Shown here: positions 1 to 12,083 of the stretch, one piece after another | Layout: each line of letters opens with the position of its first letter | Numbering within the stretch: the stretch's first letter is position 1 | Assembly: GCF_001194135.2 (NCBI RefSeq) | Contig: NC_068995.1 | Coordinates: 17,686,328-17,745,125, forward strand | Reading direction: 5' to 3' | Origin: Octopus bimaculoides | Taxonomy: Eukaryota | DNA length: 58,798 nt | Notes under the pieces: model-generated | Seen by the model: only the letters and a program-made list of their open reading frames with translations | Told to the model about the DNA's origin: nothing | The model's database searches: none | Made by a program: the position numbers and the translations under genes

Positions 1-400
1 GTTATTCCAAAAAATAAACAAAGATGAAGTAACATTGAATAATCTTTAATAAGTAAAAAATAAATTCGAAATAATATATTATATAAAGCCGTAATACTTC
101 CTATAAAAGCTACTGGATGAAATAACAAAAAATACTAAAATGAAAATTGATAAAAGACCCCCAAGGAGCAATGACGTCCAACATTAAAAACAAAGATTGT
201 GGGAAGTGATATAGTATAACCGTAGAAAAAGAACAGTGATGAAGATTCTCATTTATTTACATCCAATATCACTCAATGAAAAACAATTGAAGATGTATAA
301 AAAAAAAATCACGTTATTCAGGAACAATGGAATTGGCAAGAAAATAAAGTAGGTTGTGATGTTATATCTATTTTGTAAATCAGATATATTATATCTAATG
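1..400 (-). pseudogene. Possible decayed multi-pass membrane-protein segment (MFS/SLC22-like spacing)
   Basis: One minus frame reads ...FLNNVIFFLYIFNCFSL...IFITVLFLRL...SLLLGGLLSIF...YIISNLFFTY*R with 4 TAA stops in about 140 codons. Motif order resembles SLC22 TM7-TM11 (FxNxxxYY..N..L, LxRxG, SLLLGG, ELFPTxxR). A T-rich strand alone could produce this. Confidence 0.2.
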
Positions 401-418
401 ATATAATAGTAATTAACT

Positions 419-427
419 ATCTATCTG

Positions 428-460
<33 letters not shown>

Positions 461-493
461 TTATTTATCTATCTGTCTGTCTGTCTCTATCTA

Positions 494-589
<96 letters not shown>

Positions 590-689
590 NNNNNNNNNNN
601 NNNNNNNNNNNNNNNNNNNNNNNNNNNNNNNNNNNNNNNNNNNNNNNNNNNNNNNNNNNNNNNNNNNNNNNNNNNNNNNNNNNNNNNNN

Positions 690-750
<61 letters not shown>
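419..750. repeat. Compound microsatellite (TATC)n/(CT)n/(TA)n/(TG)n spanning an N gap
   Basis: Directly visible simple repeats flanking the N run at 590-689. Confidence 0.95.
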
Positions 751-751
<1 letters not shown>

Positions 752-1744
752 GTATACAAGAGTTAGTTAGATAGATAGTTGATACATGTACACTTATATA
801 TATGCATGAAGTATGTATGCATATATATATGATTTGTTGATCAATTTTCATAATATTTCATATTTCTGTGTGCCTTTTTATTTATTATGACATTTAGTAA
901 TGAGATTCAAGGCTTTACCAGTACCTAAGAACATACAAGCGTTTATACAACTATCATCACAATTGAATTTATGACAATGGTATCACATGTATTTAGTTAC
1001 AGATGATATAGCTATTATTTAGATCTGTGTTTCTGAAAATCTTATCCCAGCCAATATCAGTGGGGTTTACACGTCACCTCCAGAAACACTGTTTTACAGT
1101 ATTTGTTGTCTTTCTCTTTATAACTTTTCCTCTCCCTCTCCTTCTCTGTCTTTCTGTGTCCAAATCACAGTATCTATCGATATATATGTATGTATATATA
1201 TATGTAAATGTAAATAAAAATATACATATGTACATATGCACAAACATACACACAAACATGTATATATATATATATATNNNNNNNNNNNNNNNNNNNNNNN
1301 NNNNNNNNNNNNNNNNNNNNNNNNNNNNNNNNNNNNNNNNNNNNNNNNNNNNNNNNNNNNNNNNNNNNNNNNNNNNNNNNNNNNNNNNNNNNNNNNNNNN
1401 NNNNNNNNNNNNNNNNNNNNNNNNNNNNNNNNNNNNNNNNNNNNNNNNNNNNNNNNNNNNNNNNNNNNNNNNNNNNNNNNNNNNNNNNNNNNNNNNNNNN
1501 NNNNNNNNNNNNNNNNNNNNNNNNNNNNNNNNNNNNNNNNNNNNNNNNNNNNNNNNNNNNNNNNNNNNNNNNNNNNNNNNNNNNNNNNNNNNNNNNNNNN
1601 NNNNNNNNNNNNNNNNNNNNNNNNNNNNNNNNNNNNNNNNNNNNNNNNNNNNNNNNNNNNNNNNNNNNNTATATATACATGTGTACGTCTGTTTGTGTGT
1701 ATAAGCAGGTAGATTGATAAGTAGGTAGGTTGACAGGCAGGCAT

Positions 1745-1745
1745 G

Positions 1746-1829
<84 letters not shown>
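1745..1829. repeat. (AGAT)n microsatellite
   Basis: Perfect tetranucleotide array. Confidence 0.95.
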
Positions 1830-2482
1830 CAATTAGTTCGACTATACAAACCCATTCTGAATAAAACATGCATGAATTTCTTGTTTATTAGAAACATGTC
1901 TGTCATTTGTATTAATAAAATTACTCGGAGGTACATTCTTCGATTTTAAGGATGCATTGTCTGCTCTGTCACTATTTTCCATTTTTTTTTTTTCGATCAT
2001 TTGTCGACCCCGCTGAAATAATAATCAATAGTTATATAGCGAATATACGATACACAATCAGATTTTTATTTATGTTTTTGCATCAATAATGTACTTTTTG
2101 GTTGCTCATCGATTCTCTAGAAATTGTAATGAATTTTTACTCGTTTCACACTCTAACACCTTAAAAACAGAAGGTGGATTTTGATTAGTGTTGTACAGTG
2201 TCTTAAAAGGAGGAGACATGGCCTCTGCCTATATTCCAATTCCTATAATTTTACACGGTCAGTGCAATCTGAACTACAAATATCTTTATATAATAGTCAT
2301 ATAAATTTCATTTATTGCACTAATAGCTTATTTCGTTTTATAAATATATTATATGGGGCTGATATTTAATAACACATAATTTTATTACACTAGAACAATA
2401 AGAAATGTATACTATCATTTTTGAGGTAACTGTAGAGAAGAATGATTTCTCCTAATATTATATTAATTATAAGAGAGAAGAA

Positions 2483-2877
2483 GCAACCATTAAGCAAAAT
2501 AAGCACGTGCTTAGGGCATCAAGGAGAGGAGGGGGCGCCACAGAAATGGTAAGTGGTTTACGGCATAACAGAAATCGCTTTAAACTTGCTAAAGTAATAT
2601 TCCAGATGCTTTTACTTCTACTAAGTATAGATGCAGAGGTGTTACCTAAGATTAATTTTGAGGATCTAATCAAAGACTTTGCAATGCAAAAACAAATAGG
2701 AGGAAACTTTTCAAATATGAATAAAGTGGAATTATGCAGAAATAAACATTATTTCCCTCGTAATCTTCTATTTGATTTTGAAAAATAAAAATTTATTTTA
2801 TGGTTTGTTATTCTTTATATTTTGAATTACATAATTTTTTATGGGAGCACCGAAATCTTTTAAGTGCTTAGGGCCTC
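2483..2877 (+). mobile_element. Non-autonomous hAT derivative retaining the transposase C-terminal dimerisation segment
   Basis: The frame reads FQMLLLLLSIDAEVLPKINFEDLIKDFAMQKQ, matching the hAT C-terminal pattern LxxLSIE...I..FA..K. The subterminal motif gtgcttagggc occurs at both ends. The right end is cut by a SINE. Confidence 0.65.
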
Positions 2878-2880
2878 GAT

Positions 2881-3300
2881 GGAGTGGCTGTGTGGTAAGT
2901 AGCTTGCTTACGAAACACATGTTCCGGGTTCAGTCCCACTGCGTGGCCCCTTGGGTATGTGTCTTCTACTATAGACTCGGCCCGACCAAAGACTTGTGAG
3001 TGGATTTGGTAGACGGAAACTGAAATAAGCCAGTCGTATATATATGTATATATATACATATATATGTATGTATGTGTGTGTGTGTTATATGTTCGTGTAT
3101 CTGTTTGTGCACCCAACATCACTTGACAATTGATGATGGTATGTTTACGTCCCCGTAACTTAGCGGTTCTGCAAAAGAGATCGATAGAATAAGTACTAGG
3201 CTTACAAAGAATAAGTCCTGAGGTCGATTTGCTCGACTAAAGGCGGTGCTCCAGCATGGCCGCAGTCAGATGACTGAAACAGTCAAAAGAGTAAAAGAGT
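2881..3300 (+). mobile_element. Full-length tRNA-headed SINE (abundant Octopus-type family)
   Basis: A-box-like gtggctgtgtggtaag, B-box-like gggttcagtccc, internal (TA)/(TG) tract and (AAAAGAGT)n tail. Homologous copies occur elsewhere in the window. Confidence 0.9.
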
Positions 3301-3419
3301 ATGTGCGAACCAGCGTTCATTCAGTAACAAACGATGATCGATGTCACATCTCAAAAACAACAGCTAGATAACATTGACAAGCTTACTAATTTGATTTACC
3401 ATTCATATCCTGTATGTTG

Positions 3420-3778
3420 AGGCGCAATGGCCTAGTGGTTAGAGCAGTAGACTCGCAGTCGTAGGAAAGTGGTTTCGATTCCCAGACCGGGCGTTGTGAG
3501 TGTTTATTGAGCGAAAACACCTGAAGCCCCACGAGTCTCCGGCAGGGGGTGGTGGTGAACCCTGCTGTACTCTCTCACCGAAACTTTCTCTCACTCTTTC
3601 TTTCTGCTTTTTTTTGAACCCGTATTTCAAAGGGCCAGCCTTGCCACACTCTCTGTCACGCTGAATCTCCCCGAGAACTACGTTAAGGGTACGCCACTTA
3701 TACATTAATTTCACGATCCGGCTGTTCTGTTGATCGGATCAACTGGAACCCTCGACGTTGTAACCGATGGAGTGCCAC
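3420..3778 (+). mobile_element. tRNA-headed SINE, second family
   Basis: A box tggcctagtgg and B box ggtttcgattcc followed by about 280 bp of non-tRNA body ending in gtaaccgatggagtgcc. Confidence 0.8.
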
Positions 3779-6700
3779 GATATTCTATCCGTTTTGTTAA
3801 AAATGATTATTACAATCACATACACCTACATATACATATACAAGCTCATTAGAGAAAATAACTACTGCCCGAGTGTATCAGGAATATAAAAAGACTGCAG
3901 TTGAAAGGTATGTTATAAATTTGATAATAAAAGAATTATTAACCTAAAAACTTTGTTTTGTACCTTAGTTATATATAAAATACTACAATTAACCGTCATT
4001 TTCGACGGCACGAAGCCAGCTAGTGTAGTAGTATTTATCAAATCCGCTTGATATAATATGAATGTAACAGGCACTTTGTGCAGAAACTTTTGAATAAATA
4101 GTGTAGGCATATTAGAATTTACTCGAAATTTTTTGCGGGTCAGCCAGAGTCGCTGCTTCGGTTCAAAATGTCTGACTGCCAATTAAGTTAAGTGGCTAAT
4201 GGTCTTGTTAGAATTACTATTATTCATAAATATGCCGGTTTATGCGGAAAAAAAGAAAAGAAAAAGAAAACGATAAATCAATGTAATGCATGTTTTATTT
4301 TCTATTTTATATAATTGTATCCAAATGTCGATTATTGTTATTTTTATATATTACAATTTTCTCTAGAGCTTCTTCATTCTCACTAAATTTATTTGATTAA
4401 TCTTACTTCTCATGAACCAGGTTGTTATATTTTGATGGAAATATTGAAGTACTGGTAGCATCTTGCTAAGAGGAGATTACATCATGATTTGGTATTGGGG
4501 CTTCAAAGCGAGTAGATGTATTTCTTTGTTTGAAATCACCAATCGCGTCGTCGACATATTTAGCGGTGCTATTATGTAAGCAATGAAACCCGGTAACCCA
4601 TCATTTGCTTTATTTACATCCAGCAGTCTTCGAGGTACATCAAATGATCACTACTAAATTACAAGACAACAATAACATTTTCTCACGTGAAAGATAACTC
4701 TATTTCGTTTCTACTCATAAATAAATGGATATTAAGCATTGATTTAGCGGTGTTGTTCAGTGTTCTGATCCTTGATATTTCAGCACACTTCGTTTTCCTC
4801 GGATAACCATCACCTAATTTAATTTTGATAATCCCTACTTATCATTGATTTTTAATGTTGATTATGAGTGGTTAACAAATTGCACAAAATGTTTTGCAAA
4901 AACTGGAGAAATGAGCATTGTTTGAAACATATACAGCAATATTTTTTCCGACACTATATTGCACACATGAAAGAAATGTTCCTTTCGATGATCATTCGAC
5001 ACTAAAAATTCTCTAAATCTATTAAGAATTTGAAAATATGAATGTCAAATTAGCACACTTATACTTTTTTATAGTATACTTATACTTTTTATAGCATTTA
5101 GGATACAATAAATTATGTGAGCTGAATAAGCTTATTTTTCCCGGAATATTAGAATAAATTTACTGCTTCAGTTCTAAATATTTACTGTATTTAGGGACAG
5201 GTGTAAATATCGGAGCTACAGCGAGCTCATTCGACTTGCTAAAGAACGGAGGAAAATCGTACGTAAGTCACAATAAAATGGCTTCAAGAATAAAAATGGA
5301 TTGGAAAATAAATTATTGGACACAACACGTGATTGGCCACTATTGAAATAACACTGATCATTAATTTGCTAGTTCAAAGCTTATATCAGACAAACATAAG
5401 AAGGGAACTGTTTTCGATCATATATATTCTTTGGTTACCACACGTAGCACATTATTTTCATTTTTATATAGTTCCTTTTTCATTTCAATTCAGAGTTACT
5501 CCCAAGCAAATTTCATTTATCGAATCGCACAGATCTGCTTACAGGGTGGATATTTTTTCCGAATATTCTAGACAGGGTCAGTTCGATTTTCACTTCATCA
5601 AAAACAAAAGTTGTGATCATTTATTCATTATCTTTTGCAAGTCAACTACAAAAACGCAGATTTTAAATGTTGTAAGTATAAGCTGGGTTATATTTTAATC
5701 ACGCATTTTTTTTGTCGAATAACGATTTGAAACATGTATTCCTTAAAACGTATTCTTTTTTTGCAAATCATCAATTACAACATACCCCACCATTCTTCTC
5801 TTCTAAATCATTTTACCTTAAACAGAAAATAAATAAATAATCATATTAAACAGTAATTATTTAAAGACTGCTCCAAAAGTTTTGGAAACAACTATTGGCT
5901 ACTACAGTAGAATCGATCTTTTATTAATGCAATATTTTTTTTCGAAATGATTGAAGATTTTTTTCAAAATGTATCCGAGATATTTAACCTCCATTAGTTG
6001 TTGTTTATCAATACCATGTGAACTCTAAACTAGTAAATCTAGGACTGACCAAGGTAATTCCAATCTTATAACGCTACAGTCCCCATTTATTCCATGCATT
6101 ATATAAGATGTTAGGCTGCGTTATTAGGGAGATTTAGTTGGTATTTCTAGCAGGCTGATGTGCAAAATACGGCGCTCTCATTGTCCCGTTTAATGAACAG
6201 TAAAATACTTATATTTATTTGCAAATATATTTTGACCTAATGAAGATTTGAAGTTTCTTCTTTATGCACCACAGCTATAAACATGTTCAATATACGTACC
6301 TATCGTTGTAATTGCTAGATTCAGAAAGCACAGGGTTTACGTGTTATAAACTGAAAGGGGGTTAAGGTATTGCAGAGAGAAACATTCGTCATAACCACGG
6401 TTTAGAAAAACTGAACAATAAGATTAAAGTCCTTAACCTTGCGAAACTACGTTACAATGGCGTATTTGTCGAATACCTACATATTCAATTGCCAAGAGAA
6501 AAAAGAAGAATAGGATATAAGCATTTCAAATTAGTCTAAAAGCAGGGCATTTCACATTTAGATGTTTGAAGTAAGCTAAATTGTGTAAGATCCGATTTAT
6601 ATCTACTCATTCATCCAGAAGAAAATATACTCAGAGCAGAACTTCATAAGATTTGTGTTGTGTGAAAGGAATTATGCGCATATATATGTATATATATATA

Positions 6701-6798
6701 TATATGTATATATNNNNNNNNNNNNNNNNNNNNNNNNNNNNNNNNNNNNNNNNNNNNNNNNNNNNNNNNNNNNNNNNNNNNNNNNNNNNNNNNNNNNN

Positions 6799-6863
<65 letters not shown>
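6799..6863. repeat. (AAT)n microsatellite
   Basis: Perfect trinucleotide array next to an N gap. Confidence 0.95.
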
Positions 6864-6864
<1 letters not shown>

Positions 6865-6877
6865 GAGGGTAAATTCT

Positions 6878-7677
6878 TAAATGATTTTTACCAAGTGGTC
6901 AGCGCAGAAATAAAACCTCATAGGTAAATTTTATAAAAAGTTGATAATTATGTACATAATTATAACAAGGACTTGGCTTGTGCTTCACCACGCACTGAAA
7001 AATAGACGTTAAAAGACACTATTACCACCATAAATTCTCCGAGAAAAACACACAACATAATAGGGTAGTAGAAGAAAGAAAATGAATTAAATATTTGGTT
7101 AACCACGTATATGATCGTGTTTCGGGCTTAAAGTAATAAAAAACATTACCATTTCCTTTCATCAGCGTCGGTATACCCAGGCATAAATATACGAGTGGCC
7201 ACGGATATGTAAGCCAGCTGCGTCTTCGCTTAGCTTATACCCATCGAGACTCGCAGAGATATACTGCGAAGTAGAATTCATATCCTTCTCTTATAGCAAC
7301 GTGCAGTCTGTTAAAGATCAAGTCTGCAGTTAATACAGTTTTGATCAAGGAGTAAATATTTGTTTTAGAAATATTAATTATAATGATACTAAAATGTAAA
7401 ATCATAAATGATTTTTACCAAGTGGTCAGCGCGTAAATAAAACATCATAGGTAAATTTTATAAATATCTTATAATTATATACATAATTATAACAAGGACT
7501 TGGCTTGCGCCTCACCACGCACTGAAAATAGACGTCAAAAGACACTATTACCACCATAAATTCTCCAAGGAAAACACACTACATAGTAGGCTAGTAGAAG
7601 AAAGAAAATGAATTAAAGCTTTGGTTAACCGCATACATGATCGTGTTTCTGGCTTAAAGTAATAAAAAAACATAACC
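6878..7677. repeat. Pair of ~273-bp direct repeats (6878-7150, 7405-7677) with a ~255-bp unique spacer
   Basis: Both copies begin taaatgatttttaccaagtggtcagcgc and end aaagtaataaaaaaca(t)..cc, and align throughout with scattered substitutions. Confidence 0.9.
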
Positions 7678-7910
7678 TATAACAAGGGCTTGGCTTGCGC
7701 CTTACCACACACTGAAAATAGACGTCAAAAGACACACACACACACACATAAGATCCAAGGATCAAGGTGTAGGAAGAAAGTTAGCTTGGATCTTATGTGT
7801 GTGTGTGTGTTTGTGTGTGTGTTTGTGTGTGTGTGTGTTGGAACGCCTATTTTCAGTGCTTGGTGAGGCGCAAACCAGGCTCTTGTTGTAATTATGTCAA
7901 TAATTATAAT
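7678..7910. repeat. Fold-back: partial third copy + (CA)n + taagatccaag / cttggatctta + (TG)n + inverted copy
   Basis: 7749-7759 is the exact reverse complement of 7785-7795. 7842-7910 is the reverse complement of the tataacaagg...cactgaaaatagacg subunit. Confidence 0.85.
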
Positions 7911-8088
7911 ATATATATACATATATANNNNNNNNNNNNNNNNNNNNNNNNNNNNNNNNNNNNNNNNNNNNNNNNNNNNNNNNNNNNNNNNNNNNNNNNN
8001 NNNNNNNNNNNNNNNNNNNNNNNNNNNNNNNNNNNNNNNNNNNNNNNNNNNNNNNNNNNNNNNNNNNNNNNNNNNNNNTGTGTGTGTG

Positions 8089-8119
<31 letters not shown>

Positions 8120-8149
8120 ATATATACTAGAGTTAAGGGATGGAGTATA

Positions 8150-8883
8150 TATAGTCGAGGAAAACGGGTAGCAGTGTCTTCACGTTGCTTTAGTCTCGGA
8201 GAGGTTGGGATCACCCACGGCGAAGACTAAGACTATGTTTTGGGGTCATAGGCATAGACCCACGATTCATCACTCGTTATGACCGTTTCCAAAACTTTTT
8301 ATCGTTCTCGACAAAGAGATCTTGTGCAACTGAAACCAGAATGCTTTTTGGTCAGCAGAAAGCCGGTATCGCGCAAATTTGGCAGCTACGCGTCTCTTAC
8401 CTAAATCTTCAGTGATAATGGACTGAACTGACCCATAACTAATGTGCGCATCCTCTGATAACTCATCGATGGTGATTCGATAATTTCCCGTTACTGCTGC
8501 ACGCACATCTACGATGTTTTTCTCAGATCTGCTTGTTTCGTGCCTCCAAGAACATTCGGGAATATCCACATTTTTCGGTCATCTTGGAAACGTCTGAAAA
8601 CACTTGTACACTTTTGTGTGGCTCATACACTCCTCTCTATACACTTTCTGCAACTTTGTGTAGGTCTCTCAGACGATATCACCAATCATTTCAGAAAATT
8701 TGAGGCAGATTCTCTGCCCCACTTCCTCTGTCATGGTCAATGCGACAATCACATGCAACACAAGTTCCTTCCAAGCACTGCTGTAAACAGTAGAAGTGAG
8801 CAAGCATCTTAAAACTTATTGCGCATGCGTGCTTTAGCTTCGTTACTATGGTAACAGTCCGGATATTTACTGATCAGTCCACG
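8150..8883 (-). mobile_element. Mariner transposon, 5' half (pseudogenised transposase)
   Basis: Minus-strand translation gives ETYTKLQKVYREECMSHTKVYK, RITIDELSEDAHISYGSVQSIITEDLGKRRVAAKF and ITSDESWVYAYDP (first catalytic D). A TIR-like end cgtggactgatcagtaaatatccggactg is flanked by TA at 8884-8885. Confidence 0.9.
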
Positions 8884-8917
8884 TACGTATGTATATATAT
8901 ATATATATAGATAGATG

Positions 8918-8987
<70 letters not shown>

Positions 8988-9055
8988 CATGTCTTTATAT
9001 CTATCTACCTATCTATCTAAGTATCTATCTATCTAACTCTTTCTCCCCCTCTCTC

Positions 9056-9090
<35 letters not shown>

Positions 9091-10194
9091 AGATATACAG
9101 ATAGATAAATAAATTGATAAATAGATAGATAGTTAGATAGATAGTTAGATAGATAGAGACAGAAACAAAGAGAAACGCAGAGATCTGTATAAAGAGAAAA
9201 ATGTGTAACACTCACGAAGGACATTGATGGACGAAGAATAAGAGACATTTCTTGACAGAGTGTTCGATATTTGAATCACTTTGATTGAGGACAACAATAA
9301 AATAATACTTTTTTTTTTCAGACATCCACTAATGTTTTAGTAATTGAGATTGATATTCCATTCCAAACAACGGACTAGAGGTACGTATTGAGACATTCAA
9401 CCAGACTTCGAAAAAATAATACACGACTAATCTCTTTCTAAAACATAGCTGGCATTAACATCTGTAAGTAACCTAGGAGCATTGTTCTGAAACGCAATAG
9501 ACCATAATGTGTAACATGATAAAGATCCATTTCAAACTTGAAATTAGAAGTATAATTGAAGGTAAAAGCCAATTACAAGTAAAGCAAATCACATGACCCC
9601 ATTCTATTATGCACGCATTACTAGTTAACTTATTCTAACATCCATAAAACGGAATCGATTTTGTGATTCTGGCTTGATATTGAACTATATTCTTTACTGG
9701 TGAAATAATGCATTTATCTGGTTTTATATTCGTTATTTACAATGAATCTACTTAGGTTGTGTTCTTTTTTTCACATTCTAATATGACGGTAGACTGAATT
9801 TAAAGGGCTTGTCTCGAGAGACACGTTTCCTGTTTAGCTTTCATATGGGTATTACAATAATCTCAAAACACTAATAAATAATATGTTGCTTCAGAATGCC
9901 AAATATAATCGTTCAGTTCTGAGGTTAAATGATTATTTTAATGAAAACAGTATATTAACAGATTTAAATGGAACGTCAAATATCGTTATAACGTTAATAG
10001 TATATTACATTCCGAACATTCCAGCTTAGTTTCAAACTGGTTTTAGAAAACAATACAAAGCAGAAAGGGCAATGTAGTTTAGCGACTGGTTTTTGTTTGA
10101 CTAGGTTCATGGTGTTTTATTTTTGTTTATAATATTAATTATTGACAGTACGTTTTCAGCACCGTAGATGCTCACACCCACGCAGGCACAAACA

Positions 10195-10230
<36 letters not shown>

Positions 10231-10469
10231 CGGAAACACATACGAGTACGCACAGGCAGGCAGACACAAACAGACACATATTGACCTTCACCAACAGGCA
10301 AGCAGATACACACGCATATGCACCCGCATATGTTTGAATGCAACGACCATATTTATAAAAAATGTATGTTTGATTTATGTAAAATGTATAGTTATGGAAA
10401 TACGATATTTTATGATTTTTAAAAATATATCAATGATAATGTGCTTCAGAAATATAACTCTTGTATTTC

Positions 10470-10856
10470 TTTTATCTTGTTTATATCCCCATATCATCAC
10501 ACTGCGACCATGCTGGGGCACTGCCTTCAATGGTTTAGTTGAACAAATTGACCATAGTACTTATATATTTTTTTTTGGGGGGGTGGGGGGATATTTTCTT
10601 TCAAGCCGTCTACTTATTTTACTGATCTCTTCTGCCGAACCGCTACATCCCACCCCACACGCACAAACACACACATTTACACATCTATACATACATGCAC
10701 ACATATACATGTAATATGTTTTTTTTTTCGTTTGTTCAACAAATCCACTCACAAGGCTCTGGTCAATCGAGGCACTTAGCCAAGGTGCCACGCAGTACGG
10801 CTGAACCCGGAAACATATGGTTGGAAAGTCAACTTCATACCATAGAGCCTCACCTG
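10470..10856 (-). mobile_element. Degenerate SINE, same family as 2881-3300
   Basis: Reverse-complement matches include gcgaccatgctggggcactgcc, aaatccactcacaaggct and gccaaggtgccacgcagt. Confidence 0.75.
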
Positions 10857-10949
10857 TTACTGTTGCCACACATTCAGGTGTGCTATAAATTATTTTAAGC
10901 CTCTATATTCATTTGAGATATGAGCAACACACACACACACATGCTTTCA

Positions 10950-11130
10950 TATAGTGGTTTCAAATTTTGATACAATGCCACCAATTTCGGGGGATGAGTA
11001 TGCTGATTACATCTCTCGTCCTCCCACACCTGTGATCAACTGGCACTTACTTTATCACCTAGGAGAGGGGGTGAAAGGTAAAGTCAACCTTAGAGAAATT
11101 TGAACTCAGAGCATAAAAAACTGACGAAAT
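10950..11130 (-). mobile_element. Degenerate SINE, family of 45763-45980
   Basis: ttcaaattttgatacaatgcc...aaagtcaacct...tttgaactcaga...gacgaaat is the reverse complement of the 45.8-kb copy. Confidence 0.55.
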
Positions 11131-12043
11131 TCCACCTGCAGTGATCTGTAATATTCATACTTGCAAAACCTGTGGGCTTCTTTGCAATTCGTTGGCAGGA
11201 CATAAATATCACATTCGCCATAAGCGTTATGACTGCCAAAGAAAGAGTAGGTTGTCGTATCAGCATGCGTCAAAACCGACGGGAAAGTCCATCACATGTA
11301 TACATATACATATCTGTATATATATATAAGCATGATTTACGCGTTGGCCACCACAACCTCGTTTAGGCTTAGCAGACCTTCCCGTTTGTTTTCACTGTCC
11401 TGTATTTGTTACCCAGTTTGACACGCTGCAAAAATCCGAAATTTTATTGTATTTGCTTTGCGGGAGCAACTGATTTATCGAAAGCGTATCTTGTTGTAAA
11501 TTGCTCGAAACGTGAGTGTAGAAAAAACAGTCAACAACTGATGAAGGGTCGTTTTCCATTTGTGTCTTTTGTTGTTCGAAAAAATAGTTCATATTCCATG
11601 TACTTGTACTTCGTATTTTTTGTTGTACACGCTTCGTGATGTCCTGTGCCCACATATGCATATACATATACATATATATATATATATATATANNNNNNNN
11701 NNNNNNNNNNNNNNNNNNNNNNNNNNNNNNNNNNNNNNNNNNNNNNNNNNNNNNNNNNNNNNNNNNNNNNNNNNNNNNNNNNNNNNNNNNNNNNNNNNNN
11801 NNNNNNNNNNNNNNNNNNNNNNNNNNNNNNNNNNNNNNNNNNNNNNNNNNNNNNNNNNNNNNNNNNNNNNNNNNNNNNNNNNNNNNNNNNNNNNNNNNNN
11901 NNNNNNNNNNNNNNNNNNNNNNNNNNNNNNNNNNNNNNNNNNNNNNNNNNNNNNNNNNNNNNNNNNNNNNNNNNNNNNNNNNTATATATATAGATATAGA
12001 TATATATATATATAGAGAGAGAGAGATAGATAGATAGACAGGT

Positions 12044-12083
<40 letters not shown>

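Noticed and set aside
1-400. Mitochondrial insertion (ND6-like LLLGG)
   Set aside because: TAA stops persist under the invertebrate mitochondrial code and no frame matches a mitochondrial protein I recognise.
2881-3500. tRNA genes
   Set aside because: The A/B-box heads continue into SINE bodies and no complete cloverleaf is supportable.
4450-4650. KYVDD-containing minus frame suggesting an RT
   Set aside because: The motif is isolated, with no flanking RT motifs.
6878-7677. TRIM/LTR retrotransposon or CRISPR-like array
   Set aside because: No TG...CA termini, PBS or PPT were found. The units are far too long and too few for CRISPR, and the DNA is eukaryotic.
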